From Asterias rubens (taxonomy: Eukaryota): 64,000 nucleotides of DNA. The stretch spans positions 16,740,001 through 16,804,000 of the forward strand of contig NC_047062.1 of the NCBI RefSeq assembly GCF_902459465.1. Direction: 5' to 3'. The notes beneath the pieces were generated by a model, which was not told where the DNA came from, made no database searches, and worked only from the letters and a program-made list of their open reading frames with translations. Below are positions 33,897 to 47,900 of the stretch, piece after piece; position 1 is the first letter of the stretch, and each line of letters begins with the position of its first letter. The translations under genes and the position numbers were made by a program.

Positions 33897-34337
33897 ATGT
33901 GACCCACTCTGTGAAAATGAGTCACATGTCGTCCCCAATGCAATATTAAGTTATGGACAGTTTAATAAGGAAATGTAAAAAAAAAAATCTTTCTATTCTT
34001 TTTAAGATCTTTAGTTGCATGGTTAACCTTTAGAACACTTACTTTTTTGGCAATAAAGCTATGAATACAACAATTTTGTGATCATACTTTAAATGGCTAA
34101 TTTGTATCCTTTTGCACACATTGGTAGTTTAAAATATCATTTTACTTGTAATTCGTTTTTCACAAAAAATGGTGTAGTGGCTAATTTCAAACGGGAGTAA
34201 CTCAGCAACGCGATACACCCCCAAAGCTTAGACACATACCAAATTACTGCTGCTGATGTGTTCTTTCCAGCCATGCATATAACTCAATTCCTGAAATTGC
34301 ATACATCCGACTCATTTTCACAGAGCGGGTCACTTAT
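33897..34337. mobile_element. TIR element (MITE)
   Basis: TIR GTGACCCACTCTGTGAAAATGAGTC / GACTCATTTTCACAGAGCGGGTCAC. Confidence 0.7.
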
Positions 34338-34936
34338 GTTGGAAGTTGCTGTATATAGTTCTAAACTGTGGAGATTACTAACAACCAATATTAAATGAAC
34401 AAAAGTGTCCAGAAGTCTTCCAACATCAGTTCAATACAGCAATATCAATTACAAGTTGTGTGTTTTACTTGAAGCCATAATAATTAAGTGTCTTTAATAA
34501 GGAAACAAGTGTCCTGACTGGGCCTCAAAACCACACTCTGCTGATCAGAAACACCAGAGCTTAAGTCCAGTGCGCTTGACCACTCAGCCACGCCACATGT
34601 ACTCGGTCGTTCAGCTGGTTTCCATCATAAGCCGTGTTAAACTAGAAGCAATAATGATGGTTTGTTTTCTCCAAGGATCACACAACAACCCAACAGAGGT
34701 TTAAAATACTAAACTGTTGAACACACAGGACCCATACAAAATATCAACGTCTCAGTTGCTGATGGTATAATAGAGTTTTTTTGGAAGACAACATGGAGGG
34801 AAACAATTGTTCAAGTGGCTAATTTTTATTTTTATACGGCATGAAGGAAATGTGGAGCTGGTTGGGGGGGGTCTTTCAAGGCATTTTCTCATTATCAAAA
34901 CATGCAAATGACAAACTTGAATCCTTCTTGCAAACA

Positions 34937-35243
34937 CAAGCCCCGATGCTTTGTTCTTGAAAGGGCAAGGGCACCAGCCCTTTTTTCTCTAGTGTAAACA
35001 GATAAATTTTGTGTGTTTAGTCTCTGGCAAATTCTGAAAAGATATTTGCTTAATATACAGATTACGAGTAGGCTATACTCCACGTCTGTACTTTTTGTTG
35101 AAAAGTGGGGGGCTTCATTCAATTTTGTTGTTGTAAAGTTCCTCTTCAAGGAAATTTGGACTTTGTATTGGAATGCTTAAGGGGGCACCAATGCAAAGAT
35201 AAGGGGGCAATGGTGGCAATTGCCTCCATAAAGCATTAGGCCT
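34937..35243. mobile_element. CAGG..CCTG family MITE (degenerate)
   Basis: AAGGGCAAGGGCACC..GGGGCACC..GCAATTGCCTCC..AAAGCATTAGGCCTG. Confidence 0.6.
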
Positions 35244-35949
35244 GTAAATGGCAGATAAACACACAATCACTATAATACAGTACAACTGACTGACACATCC
35301 CTTTGTCTCGCTATGCCAACAAACCAAAGTCCCTTTTTAGTCAATATTGATCGATTGGCAAGTATTAATTGTAGATGTTTAAATATTACTGGTCAAGATA
35401 GAAAAAAAAGTATTTGACCCCTTGCAGACATGGAAAGCACCTCAACCAAGTGCACTATTTTGGAGGTCAATGATCTTTGTGAACTTTTTGACTCCCAAAT
35501 AGGGGCAATGAATGGTGCGCCGTGTTAGCAGTTGAATGGGGCAGCATATAGTTTTTCTCCAAAACCTCATTAAACAGAAACCAATGTGGTTTACAAAAAG
35601 GGAGTGACTGCTTCTCTTTTGAAACAATCGTCCCTGGTTTTTAGTCCGAACATTGATTTCCAAATCACAATAGAGTGATTTTATTTTTCATAACAATCCA
35701 TAAACCATGTAACTAGTCTCTATTTGCTTTATATACAGATTATTAGTAGACTAATAATACTTCTGTTGAAAACATATGACACTTCTGTTGAAAAGGAGGG
35801 ACCACAATCAAAACTTTAAAACATCGGACAATTCCACATTCTCTTTAATTTCAACGTTTCCCCACAACTCTTCCCTCGCACCCAAAGAGAGAATAAAAAA
35901 AAAGAGAAACAAAGATCAAGAAGACTCGGTGGAAGAAGTGCTCCCCATG

Positions 35950-38900
35950 TCAGTGAACCAGCGACAAGAACTCCTCCCTCGTCTTAGGATCATCTCTGAA
36001 CACTCCAAGCATTGTACTGGTGATGGTCTTACTATTCAGTTTCTGCACACCTCGCATTACCATACACATGTGACTGTCAAAGAAAAAGGATGAGAGGGAG
36101 AAATTAACGTGAAGGTTGGCGGTTGACCAGTAGTATTACAATGTCAACAAACATATAAGAGCAATTTCTAAGCTTACTCATGTTACGCTATAACATAAAT
36201 AGTAAATAAAACTTGTGTATGCCATCTATCTAAGACTAAACTTATTCCGGAGAGCATAAAAACCGAACAAAAAAACAGAGAGAGTAACAAAACAGATTTT
36301 AAAAAAATGTAGCTCAGAAAGAAATATGAGTACATCGAATAAAACAGATTTACATAAACGTGAAGGCAAAAATAAATGATAAAAAAAAAACCCCAGAAAG
36401 TCAGTCATAAGAAATATTGAATAGGTGGGTTTTTAGCAATGTTTTGAAAATGTACATAGACTTTGTACCTTGGGTATGTAAAGAAAGAGAGTTCCAGAGA
36501 GTGTGTGCAGATACAGAAAAGGCACGATCTCCATTGGAAGTGGTTGTTTAAGGGACAGTTAAAAGAAGTTGGTTGGAGAGCGAAGAGTGCGCAGGCCTGA
36601 TACTTCACGGAGGCAACGGAGGCGATTGATTGCCTTCGTTGCCCCTTGTCATTGCCTTGGTGCCCTTGAAATGTTACAGTAGAAACTAACAATTTCCTCA
36701 TAGGGTGCCCTTTGCCAAAGAGAAAATGCCTTGGTGCCCTTGCCCTTTCAAAAACGAAGCATACAGCCCTTTTTGAGGGAGGAGCTCTACCATTCATACA
36801 TTGTTGATTTCTTTTATGAAATTCTTGGCTGTAATTACCTTACTGAAAAGTTTTAATAAATGCTATCCCCATAGAAGTTAGAGCAGACCAAGATCCACTT
36901 CAGAAAAACAAGTGTCATGCATTATATACAACACACACAAATTTAGTTTATCACGTTACGTTTTCTGACATTTGCATACTATTGAGTAACCAATTTTGCT
37001 AACATGTGATGTATACACTCATTTGAAATTGATAAAACGCCCTCAGTTTACCCAGAGTTCTTTTCATAAAAGAAACCAACATTTTTTAGTTGGGCTGTAC
37101 TGCACCACAGGGTGGTTTGAACAAACAACTTTGTATAAAAGCATGGAGGTTTGTCATTTATTCAATGGTTTATTCAAAGGTTTATTAAAAATCTATTCAA
37201 TTCGCTGCCAGCAGCAGAACTACATGAACAGTTACACAGTTAAAAATTTGGAGTAAAACATTACATTACTTTTTAAAATGGCCTAAATCTTACATAGAAA
37301 AACTGAGAGGGAGAAGTACTGTACACTCTTAGAGGGAGGAGAACAGCTACTTCAAATTAATTAATTAAACATCTGAGTAAAACATTACAATCATAATTTA
37401 AATGTTTTCTGACATTTGCATAATACGTGTAACCAATTTTGATAATACATGATATATACACATCCATAATACATTAGTTTGAACCTTTGACATGGATAAA
37501 ATGCCTTCAATTTACCCAGAATTTATCTTGTACAAGAATCCAACATCTTTGGGTTAGGCTGTACTGAAGGGCAGTACTACACCTATGACCACAGGGAGGT
37601 TTAAACAAACAACTTTGTATACAAGCATGGAGGTAGAAATTTCTACATCCATAATCCAAGTAACTTACGTGGCTTCTATGACCACAGCAACACCGGCAGG
37701 AGCAATGGCTTCAACCATGGCTAAAGCTATCTGTTTGGTCAGTCGCTCTTGAACTGTGAAGAGACAAAGAGTATAACCATAGAGTTATAGAACCCTAAGG
37801 GCAAATTAAACATGAAATGAAAGTGAAATAAACTAACAAGTCAAACAAAAACTGATGGCAAAATAAAACACAAAGGTCATGACACAAACCATTTATTAAC
37901 AGACAAAAATCCTTTAAGATGGGCCTGTGGTATGTTTTAGTATGCCCTCTACTTCTTACATAAATCTATTTGTACAACAAAATCCCAATTGCAACAAAAA
38001 CAGAAATTGATTCTATATTACTTCATCCCGAGCAAATTATGTATGATTACATGCTACATTTCAGACAGCAATAAAAGGGGGTCATACTATTATGGCTTAT
38101 TGGGTTTTTCTTTCAATAGGTCAAATGCGATATGAATGAACAGTGACCAGTTTCCCAAGGGTTTTTTTTTAACAAAAGAAGGCATTTGGTATAAATTACC
38201 TTGTAACCTTCTGCTGTAAATCTCAACAATCCTGCAAGAAAAGGCAAAGCAGTACAAAATGTCAGAATTATATACTGTGGCAACAAGGCATTGTAATATG
38301 TACAAAAAGGGATAGGCCTGTATTCTTCATTTTTAAAAGGGTAAGGATATTTTCCTCCTGACAAAGGGCACCCTATTGTAAATTTCTACTGTAGCATTTC
38401 AAGGGCACCAAGGCATAAGCTTGGGGCATTGATGCAATCGCCTTCAATGCCTCCTTAAAGTATAAGGCCTGAAGGAATGTAGTGACATGAGTTGAGGTTA
38501 TTTAATGAATGCTTTCTCGTCTTATACTGACGTAAGATTCCTCAAAATTGATTGCTCATGTTGTTTTGGTTTTCTCCCCTTGTTTTCCCCCCTTTTTTTT
38601 GGGGGGGGGAGGGGAGCTGTAGGTTGACCTTTTAGAAAATTCAGAGGATTGATGTTCAGTTGGTAAATCTGAAATAACTCTTCAAGTTGACAAATGTGAC
38701 GGGCATGTTTAAATGAGGAAAATCTGCAAAAACAGGCATGATATTAGGTTCATGAAAACAGAAAGTGGGAAGTTCGCATTTTATCAAGTACAACAATGAC
38801 AAATGTTTTCTGAATTTTCCCACAGGGCAAACATTTCGGAAAGTCAGACTGAAGTAGGAAGAAAGACATGCCTGAACATGCTGCCAGTAGATGAACAAAA

Positions 38901-41900
38901 TCAATGATTTGGTACCGAGAAACGAGGGATACCTCACGCCAAAAATCAGTTCTCAAAAGTAAAGGGAAAATAGAAACAATAATGATGACAGTAGAAACAT
39001 CCCTTGCTTAAAATCAACTCTAGTCTAGACAAAATACTATGTTTTGACACCCTCAGATTCTTCAGACACCCCCTGTGTATTTTCCTAATCTTAACCCTAA
39101 CCCTAGCCCTAACCCTAGCATCAAGTGGGGGGGGATTTTCAGAACATATGGCTGTAGGAAAATAGAGGTGTCTAAACCTAATCTTAACCCTAACCCTAGC
39201 CTGTAAATCATCAGGGGGTTGTCGCAATGTTTTCCTTCTGTATATCAAAATTGCCACTGTCATAGTGCTTTTCAATTGGGAATTTTGTTGGACACATGTA
39301 GGATACATTAGCCCATAGTGCCATCCATCGCCAAAGTTTTAGACAGAATTTGGTAAATACAAGGGTGTTAAAATTTGCTGGAAACAAAATCCTGGTGTAT
39401 ATAAAGTAGTTTTTTTACATTAGATTTTGATTTTGTATGACAGATAAAACAAGACATCAAAATTTAAAACAGGGTGTTCAGAAGACACCCAGACACTCCT
39501 CTGGCCACTGCTACGTCCATCACTGCAATTTTTGTAACAATTGTTTCAGGTCTGGGGGGTCCTGCCTTTGTTGTCTGTTTAGTCCCTTTTCTTAAGAATT
39601 TCTCTATAGCGGGGTCCAAATTAAAACATTAGATGAGTCCATTGCTCCATTGTTTAAAAGATCCCACGAGAGCCCTTCCGTATGCCCAGTTTAAAAAAAA
39701 AAATGTTCTTCTTTTTTTTATGCCCATGCAACGAATGTGCATGACATGCTCCTGTTATAGCGAGAGATAAAATACTGATGTCTTCTAAGAAAGGGTCAAT
39801 ATTCAAATCAAGAAATCTTACCTTGCTAGTTTACTGAGGCCTAAAAGACGTTTATTTGGGAGGTATCCAATTGAAACCTGAAAAGGGGAAGGTAAGGAAA
39901 CATTATTGTCAGTGAAAATTTAATTCAAACTTATGTATGTATGGCAGCAGTTAAAATAGCAATACTACAAAGCATTTAAAATTAACCAATGAAGTCTTTA
40001 GGGGAAACTAATATGAAAACCAAATATAATAATAATAATTATAGGTATTTAAACAAATTACTAATAAGTCTTAAATTATTTCCATGAAATAAAAAAATAA
40101 TAAAAAAATCAAAATACAGCAGCAACAAATTTAGTTATTAAAATGCAATAAAATAAACAATAAAATATAATGAAGTTTGTTTCAGAGTCAAATGAAAATA
40201 AATTTAAAAAATAACAATGGGTTAGGTCAAAGGAAGGTTAGTGTACAAATGAACATTGTTGTTGTATATAGCTAATCTATTTTACAAAATAGTGAGGCAG
40301 GCCTGGAATTTCAAAGGGTTCTTCCATTGGAAAATCTTAAAGCCACAGGGAAACTTTTGAAGGGGCACCAAGGCCAAGACCAGGAGCAACCGAGGCCATG
40401 TCCCCTGTGGCCTGTGTGTAATTCCACGCCTGGTGATGATTAAAGCAGAGACAATTCTCCACTTTTGGAATGGAAAACATCATTTTATAGAACGCAGTTT
40501 TTTTTTTAACATAATCACACTGCAGATTTTGTATCTCTATGTTACAACATTTACAGGCAAAATAAGAGCAAATTGGCTTCCGGTCAAAGAGAGAGTAACT
40601 TTCAAAGTTTAAGTTACTGTATTTAAATGTCTTCTAGGAACAGCACTTGCCTTGCTCTCTACCAACCGCCATGCTCAAGCTTCCGATTAGCTTCCGACAC
40701 CACGCGCCTAACCGAGCACTCAACCATCAGACCAATCTCATCTGCCCACAACTGGACTTTCTACTTTGTTGCTCCCCGAATATGGAACAACCTCCCAGTA
40801 CGCATCAGATATTGTAACTCTTTGACATTGTTTAAAAAAATCTCTTAAAACTCATTTGTACCAGATATAGTTCGTTGTAGTTATAGTTCCATTGGTTTTG
40901 CACTTTTCAGCGCTTTAATCTCGATGAAAAGGGGCTTTACAAATGCTGTTGTATGTATGTATGTATGTAGAGTATCTTACCTTGCCGATAAAAGGAACGA
41001 GATGATGCTCACACAACGAGAACATCTCAATATCTTTGACCACTACCATCTCGTCGTGATCTTCATCAAATATCGCATCGTTGATCACATCTGTGGAAGA
41101 GGAAATGGAAGAATACAAACAAAGGTTGATTATTAAATAAGTCTATTGTGTTATTCTGTGAGTGACAGATGAGAAGTGGAGGCAGGAAGACACTGCAACA
41201 AAGATACTTTCTTAGTCGTCTTAACAAATTAGCCCTTGAGGCCAAATAAATAAAACACGTTCAACGTCTTGCCTTTTTTTTAAAGGAAGGAAGAAAGCCC
41301 TTTTTTCAGTCATGATTTACAAATGGGACTTCCAAAAAATTAAGCACCCTGGTCCAAAGTCTTAATTTTGTTTGAGTGTCATTATTATTTGTATATAATA
41401 CAAATAACAAAAATTAAATTGACAACAAATTTGATATTTTGATTTCATAGAAAAGAGTCATCATTCAAATTTTCTCATTTACAGCACCAGCAAGCCATAC
41501 ACAGTCTATTGTTGTGATTAGATTATACCAGCCAAATAGTCACTCATGTCTCAACCATCTGACGCCTGTTTGTTTCTATTGTCAACTTGGTCCACATCGT
41601 CATAATGAGTACACTAACGAAGTCTATTATTCTGTTGTGATTACTAACCACAATAGATACACAGAACCCGACGAGACAACATGGCCGAATGCCTCAAAAT
41701 TGTATTCATGTTCTTTAATGAATCGGTTCTAATCTAACATTGTGGCTGGTTGTGCCAGCAGGGCTTCATGTCACAAAGTACCAAAATACATCTCAGAAAA
41801 ATGGGTTGACAAACTGTATTGTGACGTCAAACTTAATTGCTTAGCAATTAAGATTGATGCATCTTAAGATCAATCTTAGTTCTTTGTGCAACCAAATCCA

Positions 41901-44900
41901 GGATAATTTTAGTTTGAAAATTTGCTCAATGTGAAATGCCTGAAATCTTCATTCAAGGGAATGTATCTAACTTGACAACGCAATCAACTGTTCACTAATA
42001 AAAAATGCGAAACTTGTGACGGAAATGCATAGTACAGCACTATGTATGTAACATGGAATAGTTTTTTTCAATAATAAGCATCAATACTATTATTATTACA
42101 CGGAATGATTTTCAATAATAACAATAAATACTCTTATTATTACAATACCTATATATACCTAAATTGACCAAACAGATGAACTCTGATTAACACAAGTTAT
42201 CTTGAGTTTGAGTAATTTCAGTAGCATTTGTGCAGATGGTGAATGGTGAGAGAAGAAAAGGGATGTTTATAAGTTATACGCACTTGCCAATTAAAATTCA
42301 AAAGATGATTAGTCTGGAGTCAAACTAAGGAAAACACCCAGCACCAAGGGTTTCTTTTGAAAACTGCGAACAGATGGTGCTGGTGAAAGAGGATGAGGGC
42401 CGCTGGTTCTTGGGCTCAAATTCATGAAGCTTTTTTAAAGGTAGAAAATCCTGCATGACAAATTTCTTTGCAAAGCAAAAATTGAGTCAGGTACCGGCCA
42501 CAACAAAGCAAACTTAAGATAATTTGGGCTGGTAAACTGTTTCTGCTAAACAATAGTATAATGTGCTTAGCAAGATTTTGTGCTTACAGGCTTTATGAAA
42601 TTGGGCCCTCATGGGTTCTACAATGTAATGCCCTTTCATACAAGACAATTCTTAACAAAAGAGCTTGACTAAAATCACATCGATGTTAAAAATCCAATAA
42701 AAATCCAATTGTGTGAAAGCTATGTTTTTAAATAATAACCAGGAGAGGAAAAAGCTCAATTGGTGGAGCACTTGCACGTTAATCCAGAGGTCGTTGGTTC
42801 AAACCCCACTCTAGTAATTTTTTTTTTTTCAACCCAAAATCATATACAAATTTACTAAGTCAATTTTCCTTGTTGTTTACGATTTGATAAAATAATAACC
42901 TAGGAGACTTGTTATTTTTAACAGAGATCACCCAAAAATAGCAAACAGGTTAAAATCACTATGATATGTAAAATTATTGCTAAAAGGGATGTTTGTAAAT
43001 TTATGTTTTAAGAAGTATTGTGAAAGCCTTGTAAACCTCATATCAGGAGACTGCCGTACAGGAGACTGTTGCAGTTATCTAATAGAGATGAGACAAAGCC
43101 GTGAATCAAGGTTTCAGTAGTAGTTTTGTTTAAGAAGGAGCGAATCTTTCCAATCCTTCTCAGAGCAAGAGAGGCGTTTCGGCAGACTATGTTGATGTGG
43201 CGACGCATGTTCAGATTCTTGTCAATGATGACACCCAGGTCACGCACTGATGTTGAAGATGTGACCTGACCACTATCTATATTGATCGGGGAGAGCTCTT
43301 GACATGGTCTGAATTGGGAAGCTACATGAAGAACTTCCATCTTGTTGTCATTAAGGACCTTGTTGTCTAGCATCCCTCATAGCATCACTCATAGTTGGGA
43401 AGATCAGTTGGAAGCACTCCGATGTCCCTGGCATTGGCAAATACACTTGTATAGCTGAGCTTTTATCTTCCCCTAGTATAGGCCTAAAGTTATAAAACAT
43501 GTTGCCATTTTATGCCTCTTTTTTCCCTCTAATCGTTTTGGGTTGTGGTTTTCTGTTTGAGTGGGCAGGGAAGAAGCAGCTTCATTCACCCCTGAGGGGA
43601 AGAGGGGAAGATACAAGCCTTTGATATATTTTTTTTCGTGTGAATGAAGCGACGTACGCAAAAGCCACATACTAGCTCTCTCTCACTCTCTCTCTCTCTC
43701 TCTCTCTCGAGCCTGTTGGCTATACAGCAATCTGTGCAAGGCTCTCTTTTATCCCCCACGATCAATATCCTCGTCACAGCCAGTCAATTTCCAGCAACCT
43801 GTTGAGCCTCCTCAATTGATATCTGATACTAGGTAAAACACAACTGCCAACCTAAAATAGACCAACACATCTGCCTGGTATCGAGCGAGCGGCCAAAGGA
43901 ATGGCCTGGTGGGGGAGTTTACTTGTTTCTGATGACCCACAACTATAGTTTGCAATGCACTTGACATGTTATAGACAAGTGTCCCTCAACAAAACAACCA
44001 GTTGAAGCTGCTTTCCTTCAGTTAACTATGCACGACACATTTATCTTCTCATTTGTTACCCTTCTTTTTTGCAATCAGTTGCAGATCTAGTGTATGATTA
44101 TAGCATAGTACATGGTAGAACCATGGAGGAAGGAAGAGAAGGGACTTCAAAAGCCAAACCCGTGGTACCGCGGTCGTTTAACGACACCTCGTAATCACCC
44201 ACATACCTTACACAAACAATGGGCAACCTGGCATATATGAGTTTGCACGTGCGCACTTGGTTTTTCACGCAACTACGGCGTTGTACGTCGTATGGATATA
44301 AAAAAGAAAAAAATACTTTTTTGAGACCTGATCAATTTTGTGTATGCTTTCGCCAAAACAAAAAACACAGTTGATACTGACCACCCAAAGTAGGAAGAAT
44401 AACATGCCTTAATATTGCATATAATGGCAATTTTAAAACTGTTTTCCTTTTAAGACTTACAAGCAGTCTAGAATTGGTCAACGTTTAAAAAAGATTTTGT
44501 TTGTACTTCTGCTTATGCTTTTTTTCCCCTTTGACACATGGCAACGTCTGCATTGTACGTAGCTTGTTCTACGCCCCTGTCTTCTAATTAAACCTCATCC
44601 TTCAATAGGCTTGATTGAATCCAGGATATGAAATATCCTGTACGAGTCAATAACCGCCAAATGCTACATTGTAGTCTTGTACACACAATAAAAGACCCGT
44701 CTAATTACAGAGTTAATGAGTTGCAGTCACTCGCCGGTTTCACAAATGCTTGAACAGCACTGCACTATGTACCAGAATTATAGCTTGAAATGCATAAAAC
44801 TACGTTCACATGTAAAGGGCCATCATTCAGAATAGTCAAAAATAAAAAAACAAATTTCCTTATTAATTGTGGGCGGTTCAAAAGAAACAACTGGAAATGC

Positions 44901-47900
44901 CCCCCCCCCACCCCAACCACTCTTGAACTTTGTGTACATTGCAAATAGATGCCTTTAGGAACGAGAGACCAAGTGCAAATTTAATCATTTAATATGTACA
45001 CATCCAATGTAAATCAAGAGAATCTCACACTTTGCTGGATCCATAAAAATTCATCAATTTGATCATCTTTAGTCAAATTGTTTTACACTCGGCACACAAC
45101 TCAATTCACCCCAATGCACCACACTGAGTCAATAAACACCTCACAGGTGTGTTTTCATAACCATTATCATGACTATTATCAGAAGACAATCAGAGCATAC
45201 TGATCGCAATGAGTTAAAACAATGGTTCTTTTCAGAACCACCCTTAACTCATTGAGAGATTACCATTACATGGTGTTACCGAAAACCTTCCTATGCCATT
45301 ATCATACGTCTAACTTTTGTTGGGCTTACTAAATCTACATTTTGATGTACTTGCTTATTCATGCTTAAAGACACTACTGGTAACTGTCAAACTAATCTCC
45401 ACAGTTGGTGTATCTCAACATATGCATTAAATAACAAACCTGTGGAAACTGGAGCTCAAACTACATTACTTCAGAGGGAGCTGTTTCTCACAATGTTTTA
45501 TACTATCAACCTCTCCCCATTACTCGTTACCAAGAAAGGTTTTATATGCTAATATTTATTTTGAGTAATTACCAATAGTGTCCACAGCCTTTAATTATTG
45601 GGCCATCAGTGCTGAAGTTTCAGGCATGATGCCAGGTTTCCAAACTGTGAATGTTATGGGGCCATGTAGTAAATTGAACCGCCTTTTGACTGTGTTCTTT
45701 CAATACTTCTTATCATTAGCTATGTCTCAGATCAAAGCACAGTGGATACTAATTAGCAATTGTAGGATGCTGGGAATTACAATGCATTAATATTTACTAA
45801 GCTCATAAAAACGATTTAAAAATTTGTTTGTAAAAAAATCCTTCTATGTAAGATTGAGGACTTAAAGCCCTGTTAGTCCGATTAACATTAATGCTATAGA
45901 CCATGGGAACCTTGTTTACAATAAGTGTGACCTTGTACATTCTTTCGGTATTCTGGCAGGCAAGATACTACACTGGTCCTATGGGAAAGTTGACATTTTG
46001 TGTCATAATTTCCACATAAAACCAAGAGTTATGAAAGTAAAAGCTGGTCAAGTTTTGAGATGTGCCCCCTTTCATCTTATCAAAAGTCGATAAGAATTAG
46101 ACAGTGCAATCTCCATAAAATATAAGATTTTATGTTTTCTTCCATTGAGCTGTGTACAAATCATGCCTGCAGGAAGTCCAGACTCTGTGGCTCTTTTGTA
46201 AACATGTGATGTCACGGGTCACATCGTCTATAGTACGGGAGTATAATGCAATTACACATGGCAAAAAATTTAATAAATTATGTACAGCATTATAAAACAA
46301 TACATGTACTGTAACCAGCCAAAATTGCATTAAGTTCACATTATTTCAACTGGTGCCCTGCTGAAATGAGTTCTTGCTTCAAGAGAAAACAACACATAAT
46401 TTTACACGTTCGGAATCTGGGTTCCTTTTTGGCCAACTTGACAGTAAGCTGATACAGTATTCAATCAGATTCAGTTTCAGAAAAACTTTCCAAAATGCGG
46501 TCTGTCCACCCAGAGGGTTGGCAGGCCCAATTTCATGGTATTACTTGACAAGTTTTTTTTCCAGACCTATGGGCACAATCCTGGCTACTTGAATCACAGT
46601 GCAGGGAACTTTAGTGCAATGTTTTGAGTTCGTGCAGAAACTAAATTACTGATGAAACCACCCAGTGGCAAACAGACTCTTTTTGTAACACTGCACTTGA
46701 GATCCTCTTGTGATGTTTGGGGAAGGAAAATTTATCTCGACTGGGGTACTTGGGACTGTACTTTGGAGTGTATTCAACACCCATACAGAACGAAGTAGTG
46801 CAATTCTTAACAAAGTAAACTCATCGTTTTCAAATCACTTACTGTATGCCGCTGAAAAGTTTAAATATTAACACAGAATGACAGAAAAGCAACATTTATT
46901 TGCATTTGTATTTTTTCAATATTTACCACTGACGCTTTTTGTTAAAGCATAGTACACTACTTTGGAGTGATGGTGTAATTATATGAAGTGCATGTGGGTC
47001 AACGTGATACAAAGTAGACTCATCTGCTTAAGAATTCACATTTTAAGGTTCGATCCCACGGGGGGGGGGGGGGGGGGGGGGGGGGCCCTGCACATCCCTA
47101 ACCTCAAACCTTTTGCACTCAATATTTTCAATCAACCCTGCTGGGCTCCCAGACTATATCTTGTTTAAAGGCAAGATGAACTTTTGGTAATGTCAAAGAA
47201 CAGTATCCTCACTTTGTGTATCTCGACATACACATAAAATAACAAACCTGTCAAACTTTGGGCTCAATCGATCATTAAAGTTGTAAGAAAATAATGAAAG
47301 AAAGGGACACTCTTGCTGTATAGTATTGTGTGCTTTCAAAAGTCAGCAAAATACCTTTAATATCTATTGAAAATAAAGTATACTAACTGTTAACCCACAC
47401 AAACAGATGACACTTGTGCATTTAAATGCATGATGTCAGGACATTTTTTTCCAACTCTGGTCTTGTATTGTACAAGTACATTTGAACATTTCTGGCCCAG
47501 TAAACATTTGCAGCTACATTGTACTGAGTTTGTTTCTATAACTTAGCTGAAACAAATGACTTATAAAAATCCCTCTGAATTTAAACATGCATTGTATATT
47601 TGTACACCATACAAAAAAAAACCTAAATAAATACAGCACACCACCGTCGTCATCATTCCTATTCAATCGCAGAACATATTAAAATTCAAATCACTCTTTT
47701 GTTGATTTTGTCACAGTTCCATCAAGTGTACAAATATCCTTGTACACCTCTGCTTAAGACTCCAATCAGTCCTTAGAACACACCGAAATGTGTGACGACG
47801 ACTGCAAACAATCATTTACGTCATCCAAACTGGACCCAATCACTCTATGCAAAGCAGGTGTTTTTATTACATTTTTTTTTTTAACGAGGACAGATTCTGA

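Noticed and set aside
42755-42830. tRNA-like sequences here and at about 60362-60445, 11040-11080 and 61830-61915
   Set aside because: A/B boxes are present, but there is no complete cloverleaf or acceptor stem; they are SINE heads rather than tRNA genes.
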